A stretch of DNA of 64,000 nucleotides from Bacteroidota bacterium. Lineage in GTDB: Bacteria > Bacteroidota > Bacteroidia > Bacteroidales > FEN-979. Positions 9,343 to 19,137 of the stretch are shown here, piece after piece; positions within the stretch are counted from its first letter, which is position 1; each line of letters opens with the position of its first letter. The position numbers were made by a program, and so were the translations under genes. The notes beneath the pieces were generated by a model that worked only from the letters and a program-made list of their open reading frames with translations, was not told where the DNA came from and did no database searches. The stretch spans positions 2,608 through 66,607 of the forward strand of contig JAPLDK010000006.1 of the NCBI GenBank assembly GCA_026391775.1, read 5' to 3'.

Positions 9343-10068
9343 ATGGAAAGTCTTATTCAAACCAACATCGGACAGATTATAAGAAAATATCTGGTCCCAG
9401 CTGAGAATTTCATTTACGGCTTTGCCGATCTCCGCGGATTGCTCAATCCGGAGTTCAATGACTTTTCCTACGGGATTTCGATAGGGAAAAAATTGGACGA
9501 CCGCATCCTGGATTCGGTTGAGAACGGTCCAACCAGGGAGTACTATGAGCACTACAGGGAAATGAACCTCGCGCTTGAGAAGATCACCGATGACATCTGC
9601 CTTGACCTGAAAAAAAACAGGATCAATTGCGTGAACGTATCCCCTACTGTGGTCTTGACCAGTGAGGAGTTTAAACCCTATCTGAAGGACCTGCGATACA
9701 AGTTTTCCCATAAAATGGTTGCAACAAGAGCCGGTTTGGGATGGATCGGGAAGACAGATCTGTTTGTCTCGAAAGCCTTCGGCCCCCGCCTGAGGCTGGC
9801 AAGCATATTACTCAGCGAATCAATCCCGTTTCAGAATATGCCCATAGATAAAAGCAGATGCGGGACCTGTGAAGTCTGTGTCGTGAAATGCCCGGCCGGG
9901 GCTGCAAACGGGAAGTTATGGGATATCTGTACCGACCGTGACCTGTTCTTTGATGCTCAAAAATGCAGGGCACAATGCGGAAAGTTCGGTATGGACCTTT
10001 TTCAGAAAGAAACCCGTATCTGCGGTATCTGTGTATCCGTTTGCCCGCTGGGTCACAATAAATCTTAG
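9343..10068 (+). CDS. QueG/RdhA-superfamily 4Fe-4S protein (short epoxyqueuosine-reductase-like)
   Basis: CGTCEVCVVKCP (CxxCxxCxxxCP) plus a second CGICVSVCP cluster motif. KMVATRAGLGWIGKTDLFVS resembles the QueG core. Confidence 0.6.
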   Translation: MESLIQTNIGQIIRKYLVPAENFIYGFADLRGLLNPEFNDFSYGISIGKKLDDRILDSVENGPTREYYEHYREMNLALEKITDDICLDLKKNRINCVNVSPTVVLTSEEFKPYLKDLRYKFSHKMVATRAGLGWIGKTDLFVSKAFGPRLRLASILLSESIPFQNMPIDKSRCGTCEVCVVKCPAGAANGKLWDICTDRDLFFDAQKCRAQCGKFGMDLFQKETRICGICVSVCPLGHNKS

Positions 10069-10151
10069 GTAACCAAACAACTATACCGGATTAATCCGTA
10101 TTCCGATTTAATCCCTAAATTTACTTCCTCAAAAACCTTAAAACTCCAAAC

Positions 10152-10835
10152 ATGAAAAAAACAGCAGGTTTAATTTGTTTGATCTTTGCCTTTGGCCTTA
10201 TTACTCCAATATCAGCAAATGCCGGAGGCGGAAAATTTGAAGGTGTTATTTCCTATTCCATAACTTTCCCTAACAGTACATTGCCTGCTGAACAGCTTGC
10301 CATGTTCCCTAAGGCCATGACCCTAACAGTAAAAGGCACAAATACCCGTAATGAATCAGTATCGGCAATGGGCAATATGGTTGAGATCACCAATTTTGAT
10401 AAAAAATTCACTGTTAGCCTTCTCAATATGATGGGAAAGAAACTTGCCATAAGGAAAACTCTTGATGAAATCAATCAGGATATCAGTAAGGAGCCTAAAC
10501 CCTCTGTACAGATAACTAATGAAACTAAGGATATTTCAGGTTATAAATGCAAAAAAGCCGTTGTCACTATTGAAAAGAATGGGAAAAAGAATTCTTTCGA
10601 GATATGGTATACAAATGAATTGGGTGGAAGGGAAGTGAATTTCGGTAACCCTGTATACCAGGATATTGATGGTATGCTTATGGAATTCACCTTCCAGGAG
10701 CGGACTCTCTCAATGAAGTATACAGTCACGAAAGTTGAAAAAAAGGCTGTCTTAGATAGTAGCTTTGAGATTCCTTCAGACTATACGCTCACAACCGAAG
10801 CGGAACTTAAAAATATGTTCGGCGGCGGGATGTAA
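10152..10835 (+). CDS. Secreted hypothetical protein (possibly DUF4412-like)
   Basis: Signal peptide MKKTAGLICLIFAFGLITPISANA. No catalytic motif recognised. Confidence 0.4.
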   Translation: MKKTAGLICLIFAFGLITPISANAGGGKFEGVISYSITFPNSTLPAEQLAMFPKAMTLTVKGTNTRNESVSAMGNMVEITNFDKKFTVSLLNMMGKKLAIRKTLDEINQDISKEPKPSVQITNETKDISGYKCKKAVVTIEKNGKKNSFEIWYTNELGGREVNFGNPVYQDIDGMLMEFTFQERTLSMKYTVTKVEKKAVLDSSFEIPSDYTLTTEAELKNMFGGGM

Positions 10836-10859
10836 ACAGGCCCTGACCAAATTAACAAT

Positions 10860-12668
10860 ATGCTGTCGGTACGGCATATCCTCATATACTTGCAGATTAT
10901 TCTTTCTTTACCGGCCCTGACACAGCAGGCGTATAAGGGAGTTATATATGATGTAAAGTCCCGTGATCCTGTTCCTTACGCTACCATCAGGCTGATAGGC
11001 AAACAAGGTGGGATGATCGCCAACGAGGATGGCAGGTACTACTTGCCTGCCGTTGTTTTCCTGAAGACTGATACTGTCCTGGTTTCCTGTGTAGGTTATA
11101 ACAGCAGGAAGATCCCTGTGAGGGCACTGAAAGATTCAGCCAATATCGGGTTGCACCCCATGGTTTATGATCTGAAGGAAGTCAATATCGTTGCAAAAGG
11201 ACAGCCTGATTACTTGTACCGGATGTATTATGACATCTGCCAAAAATACCGCAAAACCGATGAGAAACTCTATGCCAAGGCATACTTCTCTTTCCTGAGC
11301 GAATGCAATGGCGAACCTCTGGAACTTATAGAAGCTTACTTTAATGCTTCGGTTTCTGCTGGCGAGGGGATTAGTCAGCTCACACCAAAAAACGGGAGGA
11401 TCGGTTTAACACTCAGGAATTTCTGGAGCCTGAATACAACTGATATTCTTAAGCACCTGTTTCCGTTCACAAGCGGGGGACATCACACTGTTCCCATGTG
11501 TGCCGGTAATTTCAGCTATCACCGGTTTAAGGAACTTTATTATGTGAACCTGATAAAACATTCCGGGGAAGGGAAGAACATCAATTATGTTCTCAGGCTG
11601 GTACCGAAGAGTGACAGCGTCAAGCTCTTCGAAAGCATAGTCTACCTGAATGAATATGACAACACCATTGACAGGATAGAAAATTCGCTCAAAAACATTG
11701 ATTTCTATTATCTCCGGACGCCTATCCACGGCGACAGGGTTGATTCAGTTAATGTAGCCTGGTCAGTAACATTCGACAATTCCGATAAAGAACATCCGAA
11801 GATATCCAGGATGTCACTCGATTATTCATTGCTTTATATTGAAAAACTGGAGGAGAAAAAGACCAGCCTGTCGGCAAATGCCGAACTCCTGTTTTACGAC
11901 TTCAATAAACCATACCTTAACACTCTTGGGTATCTGGGGGATCAGCCGAACGATTACCAGAGGATCATGAGTATTCCCTATGACTCCGTATTCTGGATGT
12001 ATCCAGGGATTACACCCGAAAGCAGGAAACAATCGAAATTCAGGGACTTTTTCCGTTCAAATGGTGTGCTGCTGAACTATTCCCCCTCCCTCAACAGTTT
12101 CGTGAGGTCAGTGTATATTCCCTGGGCAGCCGACCGAAACCTGGAATTCTATGAGCTGGGAACATCGCCCCCCGTATCAAAAACAGTTTATATCCCGACA
12201 GTACCAGGGAGAAGCGATCCCCGTAAAGGATCTCAGATATTGGGTTTAATCCTGATCAATCCCGTTGAAATAAATGACAGCCTTCATTTAAGCTCTGTAA
12301 CCCTGGTCAATGCCCGGGGCTCCTATATGAACGAAAGGCAAAGCTACAGGGCAACTGCCTTTATCAACGTGATTTTTGACCTGTATGAGCTGAAAAGAAG
12401 GGAGACCGTGAATAGGTTCCATAGCATGAAATACGGGTCACTGACTTCATGGAACGAGTTTAAGGACTTGTATGGGAAAGAGCTGGGCAATGTCCAGGAC
12501 AGTATTCTTCTTTTCTATAAGGATAGCTGGGAAGGCACTAATGTAGATATGATAGTTAAATGGTCTGAGATTGTTTCTGCAAGACTCGGTGTGAAACGAA
12601 CTGCCCTCATCCAAAGAATGATTGTTGAAGACCAGGATAAAAAGAAAAGAAAAAGATCAAAACCCTGA
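10860..12668 (+). CDS. Hypothetical protein with N-terminal CarboxypepD_reg-like domain, basic C-terminal tail
   Basis: YKGVIYDVKSRDPVPYATIRLIGKQGGMIANEDGRYYL. Shares the SCVG[FY]N ... Y[ND]LKEVNI module with ORF 1522..2961. Ends in KKKRKRSKP. Confidence 0.55.
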   Translation: MLSVRHILIYLQIILSLPALTQQAYKGVIYDVKSRDPVPYATIRLIGKQGGMIANEDGRYYLPAVVFLKTDTVLVSCVGYNSRKIPVRALKDSANIGLHPMVYDLKEVNIVAKGQPDYLYRMYYDICQKYRKTDEKLYAKAYFSFLSECNGEPLELIEAYFNASVSAGEGISQLTPKNGRIGLTLRNFWSLNTTDILKHLFPFTSGGHHTVPMCAGNFSYHRFKELYYVNLIKHSGEGKNINYVLRLVPKSDSVKLFESIVYLNEYDNTIDRIENSLKNIDFYYLRTPIHGDRVDSVNVAWSVTFDNSDKEHPKISRMSLDYSLLYIEKLEEKKTSLSANAELLFYDFNKPYLNTLGYLGDQPNDYQRIMSIPYDSVFWMYPGITPESRKQSKFRDFFRSNGVLLNYSPSLNSFVRSVYIPWAADRNLEFYELGTSPPVSKTVYIPTVPGRSDPRKGSQILGLILINPVEINDSLHLSSVTLVNARGSYMNERQSYRATAFINVIFDLYELKRRETVNRFHSMKYGSLTSWNEFKDLYGKELGNVQDSILLFYKDSWEGTNVDMIVKWSEIVSARLGVKRTALIQRMIVEDQDKKKRKRSKP

Positions 12669-12725
12669 TTTTTTACATATCTTTGTACTCAGTCTAAATT
12701 AAAATTATATCAACAACCGACCCAA

Positions 12726-13001
12726 ATGGAAACAACAATCATAGTATCCCAGGAAGTAAAAAGTTACCCTGTATGGCAGGACGCCTTTTATGCAGGAGCC
12801 GGAATGCGTGAACAAGCCGGTATCAATGTGCTGGGAGTATACCAGGACATGAATAATAAAAACAGGATCACAGTGATCTCCGAGGCGCCCAGTCCAGAAG
12901 TCGCGGAAGCCTTTATCTTCAATCCGGAAATTAAAACAATCTGGGAAAAGATCGGGGTAATTGGTGAAACTCAGATAAATATACTGAACAAGGTGATCTG
13001 A
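12726..13001 (+). CDS. Small hypothetical protein (91 aa)
   Basis: ATG-initiated ORF preceded by TATCTTTG at 12678. No family recognised. Confidence 0.4.
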   Translation: METTIIVSQEVKSYPVWQDAFYAGAGMREQAGINVLGVYQDMNNKNRITVISEAPSPEVAEAFIFNPEIKTIWEKIGVIGETQINILNKVI

Positions 13002-13012
13002 AATAAGAGAAT

Positions 13013-13804
13013 CTAATCAATGATGATCTCACCCTTGAGGTAAGTTATCGCTCTGCCCGAGATCTCTGTCCTGTCGCCAAGATTTTCGCAATATAGCCAG
13101 CCTTTTCGTGCTGAAAGCTGCATTGCAGTGAGTTTCCGTTTATTTAGTCTGGAACTCCAATAAGGTGTTAAGGTGGTATGTGCCGACCCGGTTACAGGGT
13201 CTTCTGGCACACCTGACTGAGGTGCAAAAAAACGGGATACAAAATCAACCTTATCACCCTGGGCTGTTGCAATCACACCCCTTCCGTTGAATTGCATGAT
13301 GTCATCGTTTGAAGGCCGGAGCCCTGCGATCTGGGATTCCTTCTCAAACACCAGCATAAAATCGGTTTTCCCTTTCCAGGCTTCCAGGGGAATAACACCG
13401 AAGCATTTCCCCATTTTGTCGGTAACAGGCACTCTCGAGATGGTATCGGTTGGAAAATTCAGTGTAAGGAGTTCTGTTGACCTTCTTACAAACAGGTCAC
13501 CACTGAGGGATTTAAAACAGATCTCCATTCCTTCAAAACCTTCATGCTTGAACAGGACATGTGCAGAGGCAAGTGTGGCATGGCCACATAATTCCACTTC
13601 GACAGCCGGTGTGAACCAGCGGATATTCCAGGTTCCGCCTGTATTAAGGACGAATGCAGTTTCTGGCAGGTTGTTTTCCATGGCTATGTTCTGCATCAGG
13701 GTTTCGTCAAGCCATTCATCACGCAAGGGCACAACGCCGGCAGGATTGCCGGTGAACGGACCGTTTGAAAAGGCATCAACTTTGTAGATCTTCAACGATT
13801 TCAT
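13013..13804 (-). CDS. PhzF-family isomerase
   Basis: 263 aa. N-terminus KIYKVDAFSNGPFTGNPAGVV and internal CGHATLA are typical of the PhzF/YddE family. Confidence 0.8.
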   Translation of the reverse strand: MKSLKIYKVDAFSNGPFTGNPAGVVPLRDEWLDETLMQNIAMENNLPETAFVLNTGGTWNIRWFTPAVEVELCGHATLASAHVLFKHEGFEGMEICFKSLSGDLFVRRSTELLTLNFPTDTISRVPVTDKMGKCFGVIPLEAWKGKTDFMLVFEKESQIAGLRPSNDDIMQFNGRGVIATAQGDKVDFVSRFFAPQSGVPEDPVTGSAHTTLTPYWSSRLNKRKLTAMQLSARKGWLYCENLGDRTEISGRAITYLKGEIIID

Positions 13805-14499
13805 AGTTTTTTTTCTATTATAAGTGCTCCCTCAAAGTATTTTTCAGATCTCATGACATCCCCGTTCTCTTCATAGATTATCCATGCCCCATCCTTATGG
13901 CCTGCCTTATAAGCTCCGGAAAGATTGATCTTCCCATTGGGATAGTATCCGGTGAAAGGACCATCCTTCTCATCACCGGCATATGAACCCTTGAACTTCA
14001 GCTTACCATCTTCAAAATACTGAACCCACTCCCCTTCTTTCTTCCCTTCCCTGTAATGGATGAGTTCGGCAATAGTCCCCTTTGAATAAAACGTCCTGAA
14101 AACCCCATTTTTCACTCCGGAGTTGTAACTTTCTTCCGAAAGCATGACCCCGTCATAATCGCTGTAGTATCTCCAGATGCTGTCTTTTTTCTCATTCATG
14201 TATTTGCCTTCTGCGATCTTACGGCCATTGTTTGCGTACGTTACTGTTCTTGCCGTTTTGCCTTCATCACTCAGCACCGAATTCGTTTTCAGTTTGCCGT
14301 TGGTATAATAATACCTGAATTCTCCATAAGGGATACCGTTTTTGAATTGTCCGTCGTAAATCTTATGTCCATCTTTGTCAAGTTTCCGCCAGGATCCTTG
14401 TCTTCGGCCTGATGCATCAGTGAGATTAAGGCTGTCCTGGCTGAAAGACAAAAAATTTATTCCGAGCAGCATAAAAAGTATAAGAAGGCGGGTCATCAT
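13801..14499 (-). CDS. MORN-repeat-variant protein (YwqK-family 'antitoxin'-like), secreted
   Basis: Signal peptide followed by about 6 repeats of the G-x-W/F-x-x-Y-Y/F-x-N/D-G-K type ([39 protein letters not shown] ...). Its stop overlaps the PhzF start (ATGA). Confidence 0.7.
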   Translation of the reverse strand: MMTRLLILFMLLGINFLSFSQDSLNLTDASGRRQGSWRKLDKDGHKIYDGQFKNGIPYGEFRYYYTNGKLKTNSVLSDEGKTARTVTYANNGRKIAEGKYMNEKKDSIWRYYSDYDGVMLSEESYNSGVKNGVFRTFYSKGTIAELIHYREGKKEGEWVQYFEDGKLKFKGSYAGDEKDGPFTGYYPNGKINLSGAYKAGHKDGAWIIYEENGDVMRSEKYFEGALIIEKKL

Positions 14500-14515
14500 G
14501 AAAGAGCTAAAAGAT

Positions 14516-14523
14516 TACATTTG
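14516..14523 (+). promoter_or_regulatory. Bacteroidota-type -7 promoter element (TAnnTTTG) upstream of recR
   Basis: TACATTTG. It overlaps the TTG (14521) used as start by the longest-ORF call, which argues for the downstream GTG start. Confidence 0.4.
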
Positions 14524-14541
14524 CAAAATAAACAATTTTTA

Positions 14542-15171
14542 GTGAATTCTCTACCATCCAGGGTATTTGAAACCGCAGTAAATGAACTGGCTAAATTGCC
14601 CGGTATAGGCAGGAAAACCGCCCTGAGGATGGCTTTGCACCTCCTGAAATCAAGGAAGGAAGATGCAGAATCTTTCGGGATGGCCATCATCCGCATGCAT
14701 AATGAGATCCGTTACTGCCGGGAGTGCGGGAACATCAGTGATAATGAACTTTGTTCAATCTGCGGAAGCCCGAAACGTGAGAAATCAATCGTTTGTGTGG
14801 TTGAGGACATCCGCGATGTAATTGCTATTGAGAATACCGGTCAGTATAACGGCGTATACCATGTCCTCGGCGGGATCATCTCTCCTATGGAAGGCATAGG
14901 CCCTAACGACCTGAACATTTCAGGGCTTGTCGTAAAAGTTGAATCGGGCAGTGTTGCCGAGATCATTCTTGCATTGCCCACCACCATTGAAGGGGATACT
15001 ACGAATTTCTACATCTATAAAAAACTGCATGCATCGACAATTCCGGTGACCACCATTGCCCGGGGGATTTCGGTTGGTGATGAACTGGAACATACTGATG
15101 AAGTCACGCTGGGCAGGTCGATCATCAACAGAACCCCATACGAGAACACCATTCTGAAAAAAAATCAGTAA
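14542..15171 (+). CDS. recR: Recombination protein RecR
   Basis: [18 protein letters not shown] (HhH), Cys4 zinc finger [16 protein letters not shown], and Toprim [14 protein letters not shown]. The in-frame GTG at 14542 gives [13 protein letters not shown]..., a normal RecR N-terminal length. The longest ORF starts at 14521. Confidence 0.9.
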   Translation: MNSLPSRVFETAVNELAKLPGIGRKTALRMALHLLKSRKEDAESFGMAIIRMHNEIRYCRECGNISDNELCSICGSPKREKSIVCVVEDIRDVIAIENTGQYNGVYHVLGGIISPMEGIGPNDLNISGLVVKVESGSVAEIILALPTTIEGDTTNFYIYKKLHASTIPVTTIARGISVGDELEHTDEVTLGRSIINRTPYENTILKKNQ

Positions 15172-15175
15172 ACTT

Positions 15176-15400
15176 TTATTCCATACTGAACAGCTGGAGC
15201 TGGTTAACCTTTGAGGAGACATGATTCACCTCGAGGTCATGGTAATTTTCAAGGAGGGGACGTATAGCCTTTTTAATGATCTTATTGGGTGTGCTTTTTC
15301 TTGATTTGCAGAAATTCATCAGGGATTTTTTCTGACGTGCAGAGATGGTGATCGTCACCTGCTTGAATTTCACCGTCTTTTTCTTCTTTTTCTTACTCAT
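15176..15400 (-). CDS. Small basic ribbon-helix-helix-like protein (hypothetical)
   Basis: MSKKKKKKTVKFKQVTITISARQKKSLMNFCKSRKSTPNKIIKKAIRPLL shows a strand-helix-helix pattern. Its ATG overlaps the glmM stop (ATGAGTAA). The longest ORF extends to 15421. Confidence 0.45.
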   Translation of the reverse strand: MSKKKKKKTVKFKQVTITISARQKKSLMNFCKSRKSTPNKIIKKAIRPLLENYHDLEVNHVSSKVNQLQLFSME

Positions 15401-16790
15401 TTCCCCTGATGATCTCGTCAACGTCCCTCATTAGCTTCATTGCAAGATGATCAGCCTTTGCCTGTACATTGCTCTCGGCATATATCCTGACGATGGCCTC
15501 TGTATTTGACTTTCTGAGGTGGACCCACTCCCCATCGAAATGTATTTTTATTCCGTCGATAGTCGAAACCGGACGGTTTCTATATTGCTTTGCAATCTTT
15601 TTCAGGATATCGTCGATATCCATATCCTGGGTAAAAGTGATTTTGTTTTTCGAGATAAAATAGCTTGGATACTCATCCCGGAGCTTGGAACAGTTTTTGC
15701 CGGAACGGGCCAGGTATGATAAAAACAATGCTATCCCAACGAGGGCATCCCTTCCGTAATGCAATGCCGGATAAATCACACCTCCGTTTCCTTCCCCTCC
15801 AATCACAGCTTTATGCTCCTTCATGCATTCAACCACATTGACTTCCCCGACGGCAGATGCAAAATATTTTCCACCATGCTTTTGGGTCACACCTTGAAGG
15901 GCCTGTGTTGAAGAGAGGTTTGACACTGTATTTCCCTTTTCGTACCCTAAAACGTAATCAGCCACCGCAACCAGGGTATATTCCTCTCCAAACGGCTCGC
16001 CAAGCTGGTTTACGATGGCAAGGCGGTCGACATCCGGATCAACGACGAAACCCACATGAGCCTTATTTTTAACTACAATCTCACAGATGTCGGTGATGTT
16101 TTCGGGAAGCGGTTCGGGGTTATGCGGAAAATCTCCGTTTGGATCACAGTAAAGGGGAACCACCTTGTTTACCCCCAGGGCTGTGAGTAACATGGGGACA
16201 GCAATTCCACCAGTACTGTTAACGGCATCCACAGCGACGGTAAACTTAGCCTTTTTAATGGCTTCAACATCCACAAGGGGAAGCTCAAGTATTGTTTCAA
16301 TATGCTTCTGAATACATGAATCATCCGAAGAACAGATCCCCAGGTCCTGCACTTCGGCATATTTACGGTCTTTCCTGGCAGCCAGTTCGAGAATATTTTC
16401 CCCGTCGGCTGCTGAAAGAAATTCCCCTCTGGAATTAAGCAGTTTTAACGCATTCCACTGCTTCGGGTTGTGGCTTGCAGTAAGAATGATCCCACCGTCG
16501 GCATTGTGAAATCCTACGGCCATCTCTGCTGTGGGCGTAGTAGTTAGCCCGATATCGATAACATCCACCCCGCAACTCAGTAAAGTCCCGCAAACCAGGT
16601 GATTGACCATCTCACCCGACATCCTTGCATCCCTGCCAAGAATCAGCAAGGGTGTTTCTTTCCCTGTATCATTTTTGACCCATTGTGAAAATGCGGATGT
16701 AAATTTCAATACATCAACCGGCGTCAGTCCCTGCCCTTCCTTTCCCCCTATCGTTCCACGTATCCCACTGATTGAAGTGATTAAAGTCAT
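15393..16790 (-). CDS. glmM: Phosphoglucosamine mutase
   Basis: SISGIRGTIGG at the N-terminus, phosphoserine loop TASHNP, 465 aa with alpha-D-phosphohexomutase layout. GlmM versus another phosphohexomutase cannot be fully separated by eye. Confidence 0.8.
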   Translation of the reverse strand: MTLITSISGIRGTIGGKEGQGLTPVDVLKFTSAFSQWVKNDTGKETPLLILGRDARMSGEMVNHLVCGTLLSCGVDVIDIGLTTTPTAEMAVGFHNADGGIILTASHNPKQWNALKLLNSRGEFLSAADGENILELAARKDRKYAEVQDLGICSSDDSCIQKHIETILELPLVDVEAIKKAKFTVAVDAVNSTGGIAVPMLLTALGVNKVVPLYCDPNGDFPHNPEPLPENITDICEIVVKNKAHVGFVVDPDVDRLAIVNQLGEPFGEEYTLVAVADYVLGYEKGNTVSNLSSTQALQGVTQKHGGKYFASAVGEVNVVECMKEHKAVIGGEGNGGVIYPALHYGRDALVGIALFLSYLARSGKNCSKLRDEYPSYFISKNKITFTQDMDIDDILKKIAKQYRNRPVSTIDGIKIHFDGEWVHLRKSNTEAIVRIYAESNVQAKADHLAMKLMRDVDEIIRGNE

Positions 16791-16801
16791 GTTTTTTTAA
16801 A

Positions 16802-16809
16802 CAAATGTA
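16802..16809 (-). promoter_or_regulatory. -7 promoter element TAnnTTTG upstream of glmM
   Basis: The reverse strand reads TACATTTG, 11 nt before the glmM ATG. Confidence 0.4.
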
Positions 16810-16892
16810 AAGTATTTTTTATGTTTTCAAAATCTTTGTTAAAAAAAACGCAGAACATAGTCCTGCATGGAGCAACGCATGCCGGAATTTAT

Positions 16893-16900
16893 TACTTTTG
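16893..16900 (+). promoter_or_regulatory. -7 promoter element TAnnTTTG upstream of the TPR gene
   Basis: TACTTTTG. It overlaps the TTG start of the longest ORF (16898), which favours ATG 16940. Confidence 0.4.
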
Positions 16901-16939
16901 CAGGGAATTTGTTTGTTACGCTTTTCTGAAGTATCCTTT

Positions 16940-18343
16940 ATGGAAGATCCCTTTGAATCCCAGTTCGACCCTGAGCTGATTGCCCTTGTGAGACACTACG
17001 AGGACATGATCAACCATAAGGAACAGCATTTCTTTGATGTTTTTGAATACGAAGACATTATTGACTACTACATTTATCTGAACGATCTTCCTTCAGCTCT
17101 TCAATGCCTGAAAAAAGCCCTTCGTCAGCATCAGAACAATCCCCTGATCCTCCTTAAGCAGGTACAGTATTACATCCATGCAAAAAAAGACCATGAAGCT
17201 TTGAACCTGCTGGATGAGCTTGACCATACTGAAGTCAGTGATTCAGAATTCCTTGTTCAGAAAGGAAACCTCTACAGCCAGCTTGAACGATCGGAGAAGG
17301 CCATTCAATCGTACAAAAGTGCATTGGAAAGCGGCGAGGATCAGGATGATATCTACGTTAGCCTGGCTTTTGAATATGAGAACCTTGGCAAATATAAACA
17401 GGCCATTAAATACCTCACCGAAGCCATCCGGATAAATCCTGAAAATGAAGCTGCACTATTTGAGATCTCATTTTGTTTCGAGATCACCAGGCAATCGGAA
17501 AAATGCACTGAATTTTTCAAAACTTTCCTCGAAGAACATCCCTATTCCAAAGTGTCGTGGTTCAACCTGGGTGTGGCATATGGGAACATGGAAGAGTTTG
17601 ATAAATCGGTAGAAGCTTACGATTATGCAATTGCCATTGATGAATCGTTCTCTTCAGCTTACTTTAATAAAGCTAATTGCTATGCAAATGCCGGCATGTA
17701 TGAAAAAGCTATACAAACGTACCTGGAGACCTTGTTTTATGAAGACCCCGAGCCCTTAACCTATTATTATATAGGCGAGTGTTATGAAAAACTTTGCCAG
17801 TTCGACTACTCAATTGACTATTATAAGAAGGCGATCACCCTTGACAGCGACTTTGCAGATGCGTGGATGGGGATTGGCATTGCGTATGATGAACTCGGTA
17901 AGCCCCAGACAGCACTATCCTATATAAGAAAAGCAATAAAATTGTCACCAGCTGTGCCTGAATACTGGTCTATGCTGGCCGACATGTATATCAAGCTGAA
18001 CCGTTTTGATGAAGGTATCCCTGCCTATAAAAAGGCAATTGAAATGAACCCTGATGATCCGGAGGTCTGGCTTGACCTTTCTGTTGCTTATGCAGATGCC
18101 CGGCTCCAGCAGGATGCTTATGACGTGCTTCTTGAAGGCCTGAAATACCATGATGAAAACCCCGATTTCTTCTTCGGGATGGCCTATTACCTTTTCCTTC
18201 TCGGCAGGAACAAACATGCTAACGAAACCCTTTCGAAAGCTCTCAATATGGACTTCAACGGGTATAAGCGATTGTTTACAATGTTTCCTGAAGCCCAGCA
18301 TAATCCTGCTGTTATTGAGATTATTGAAGCCCACAAAAAATAA
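16940..18343 (+). CDS. Tetratricopeptide-repeat (TPR) protein
   Basis: About 10 successive 34-aa TPR units (e.g. AYFNKANCYANAGMYEKAIQTYLETL, AWMGIGIAYDELGKPQTALSYIRKAIKLSP). Confidence 0.8.
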   Translation: MEDPFESQFDPELIALVRHYEDMINHKEQHFFDVFEYEDIIDYYIYLNDLPSALQCLKKALRQHQNNPLILLKQVQYYIHAKKDHEALNLLDELDHTEVSDSEFLVQKGNLYSQLERSEKAIQSYKSALESGEDQDDIYVSLAFEYENLGKYKQAIKYLTEAIRINPENEAALFEISFCFEITRQSEKCTEFFKTFLEEHPYSKVSWFNLGVAYGNMEEFDKSVEAYDYAIAIDESFSSAYFNKANCYANAGMYEKAIQTYLETLFYEDPEPLTYYYIGECYEKLCQFDYSIDYYKKAITLDSDFADAWMGIGIAYDELGKPQTALSYIRKAIKLSPAVPEYWSMLADMYIKLNRFDEGIPAYKKAIEMNPDDPEVWLDLSVAYADARLQQDAYDVLLEGLKYHDENPDFFFGMAYYLFLLGRNKHANETLSKALNMDFNGYKRLFTMFPEAQHNPAVIEIIEAHKK

Positions 18344-18348
18344 ACCCT

Positions 18349-19137
18349 ATGTTGAACATTGACCTTCCTTTTTTACCTGAACGATCGTTAAAACCGCGTC
18401 AGACCGGTATTGCCATGGTAATGGATAAAAGCCTCAGCGTACGTGAAGCCGAAGACCTTGTATCAGTTGGCAACGATTATATTGATTATGTCAAACTTGG
18501 TTTTGGCACTTCAATGGTTACCCATGACCTGCAGAAGAAAATCAAAGTGTATAAAGAAGGCGGGATCAAAGTTTATCTTGGCGGTACTCTTTTTGAAGCC
18601 TTTTTCATCCGCGACCGCTTTGATGATTACCGGAAATTTATGGATCAGCTGGGGCTTGACACAGTTGAGATCTCCGATGGCTCCATGAGTATCGACCATG
18701 ACGTGAAATGCGAACATATTAACATCCTGTCAAAACAGTACACCGTTCTTTCTGAAGTCGGATCCAAGGAATCTGGCATTCTTATTTCCCCAAACAAATG
18801 GATCGAAATGATGCAGAAGGAATTACAGGCAGGCTCGTTTAAAGTCATTGGCGAGGCCAGGGAAAGCGGCAATGTGGGTATTTACAGGCCGACCGGAAAA
18901 GCCCATGTGGCCCTGATCAATAAGATTCTAAGCAAGGTTGACATCCAGAAGATCATCTGGGAGGCCCCGCTGAAATCCCAGCAGGTCTGGTTTATCAAGC
19001 ATTTCGGCGCCAATGTGAACCTAGGGAATATACCACCCTCGGAGATCATTCCACTGGAAACATTAAGGCTCGGCTTAAGGGGAGATACGTTTTTCCAGTT
19101 CCTTCCCGAAAAGCTGAAAAAGTATCAGCAGGTTTGA
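18349..19137 (+). CDS. comA: Phosphosulfolactate synthase (ComA) family protein
   Basis: LPERSLKPRQTGIAMVMDK ... DYVKLGFGTS ... GGTLFE ... VEISDGS is the pattern I recognise from (2R)-phospho-3-sulfolactate synthase. 262 aa. Confidence 0.65.
   Translation: MLNIDLPFLPERSLKPRQTGIAMVMDKSLSVREAEDLVSVGNDYIDYVKLGFGTSMVTHDLQKKIKVYKEGGIKVYLGGTLFEAFFIRDRFDDYRKFMDQLGLDTVEISDGSMSIDHDVKCEHINILSKQYTVLSEVGSKESGILISPNKWIEMMQKELQAGSFKVIGEARESGNVGIYRPTGKAHVALINKILSKVDIQKIIWEAPLKSQQVWFIKHFGANVNLGNIPPSEIIPLETLRLGLRGDTFFQFLPEKLKKYQQV

Noticed and set aside
9202-9711. Long antisense or alternative-frame ORFs nested in confident genes (e.g. 9202..9711-, 6498..7028-, 13287..13787+, 23685..24209-, 31635..32171-, 32289..32810-, 33386..33850-, 50790..51278-, 51872..52543-)
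   Set aside because: Each lies wholly within a gene with strong family motifs on the other strand or frame. Their translations are low-complexity (Ser/Pro/Arg/Ile-rich) without recognisable domains. These are typical shadow ORFs.
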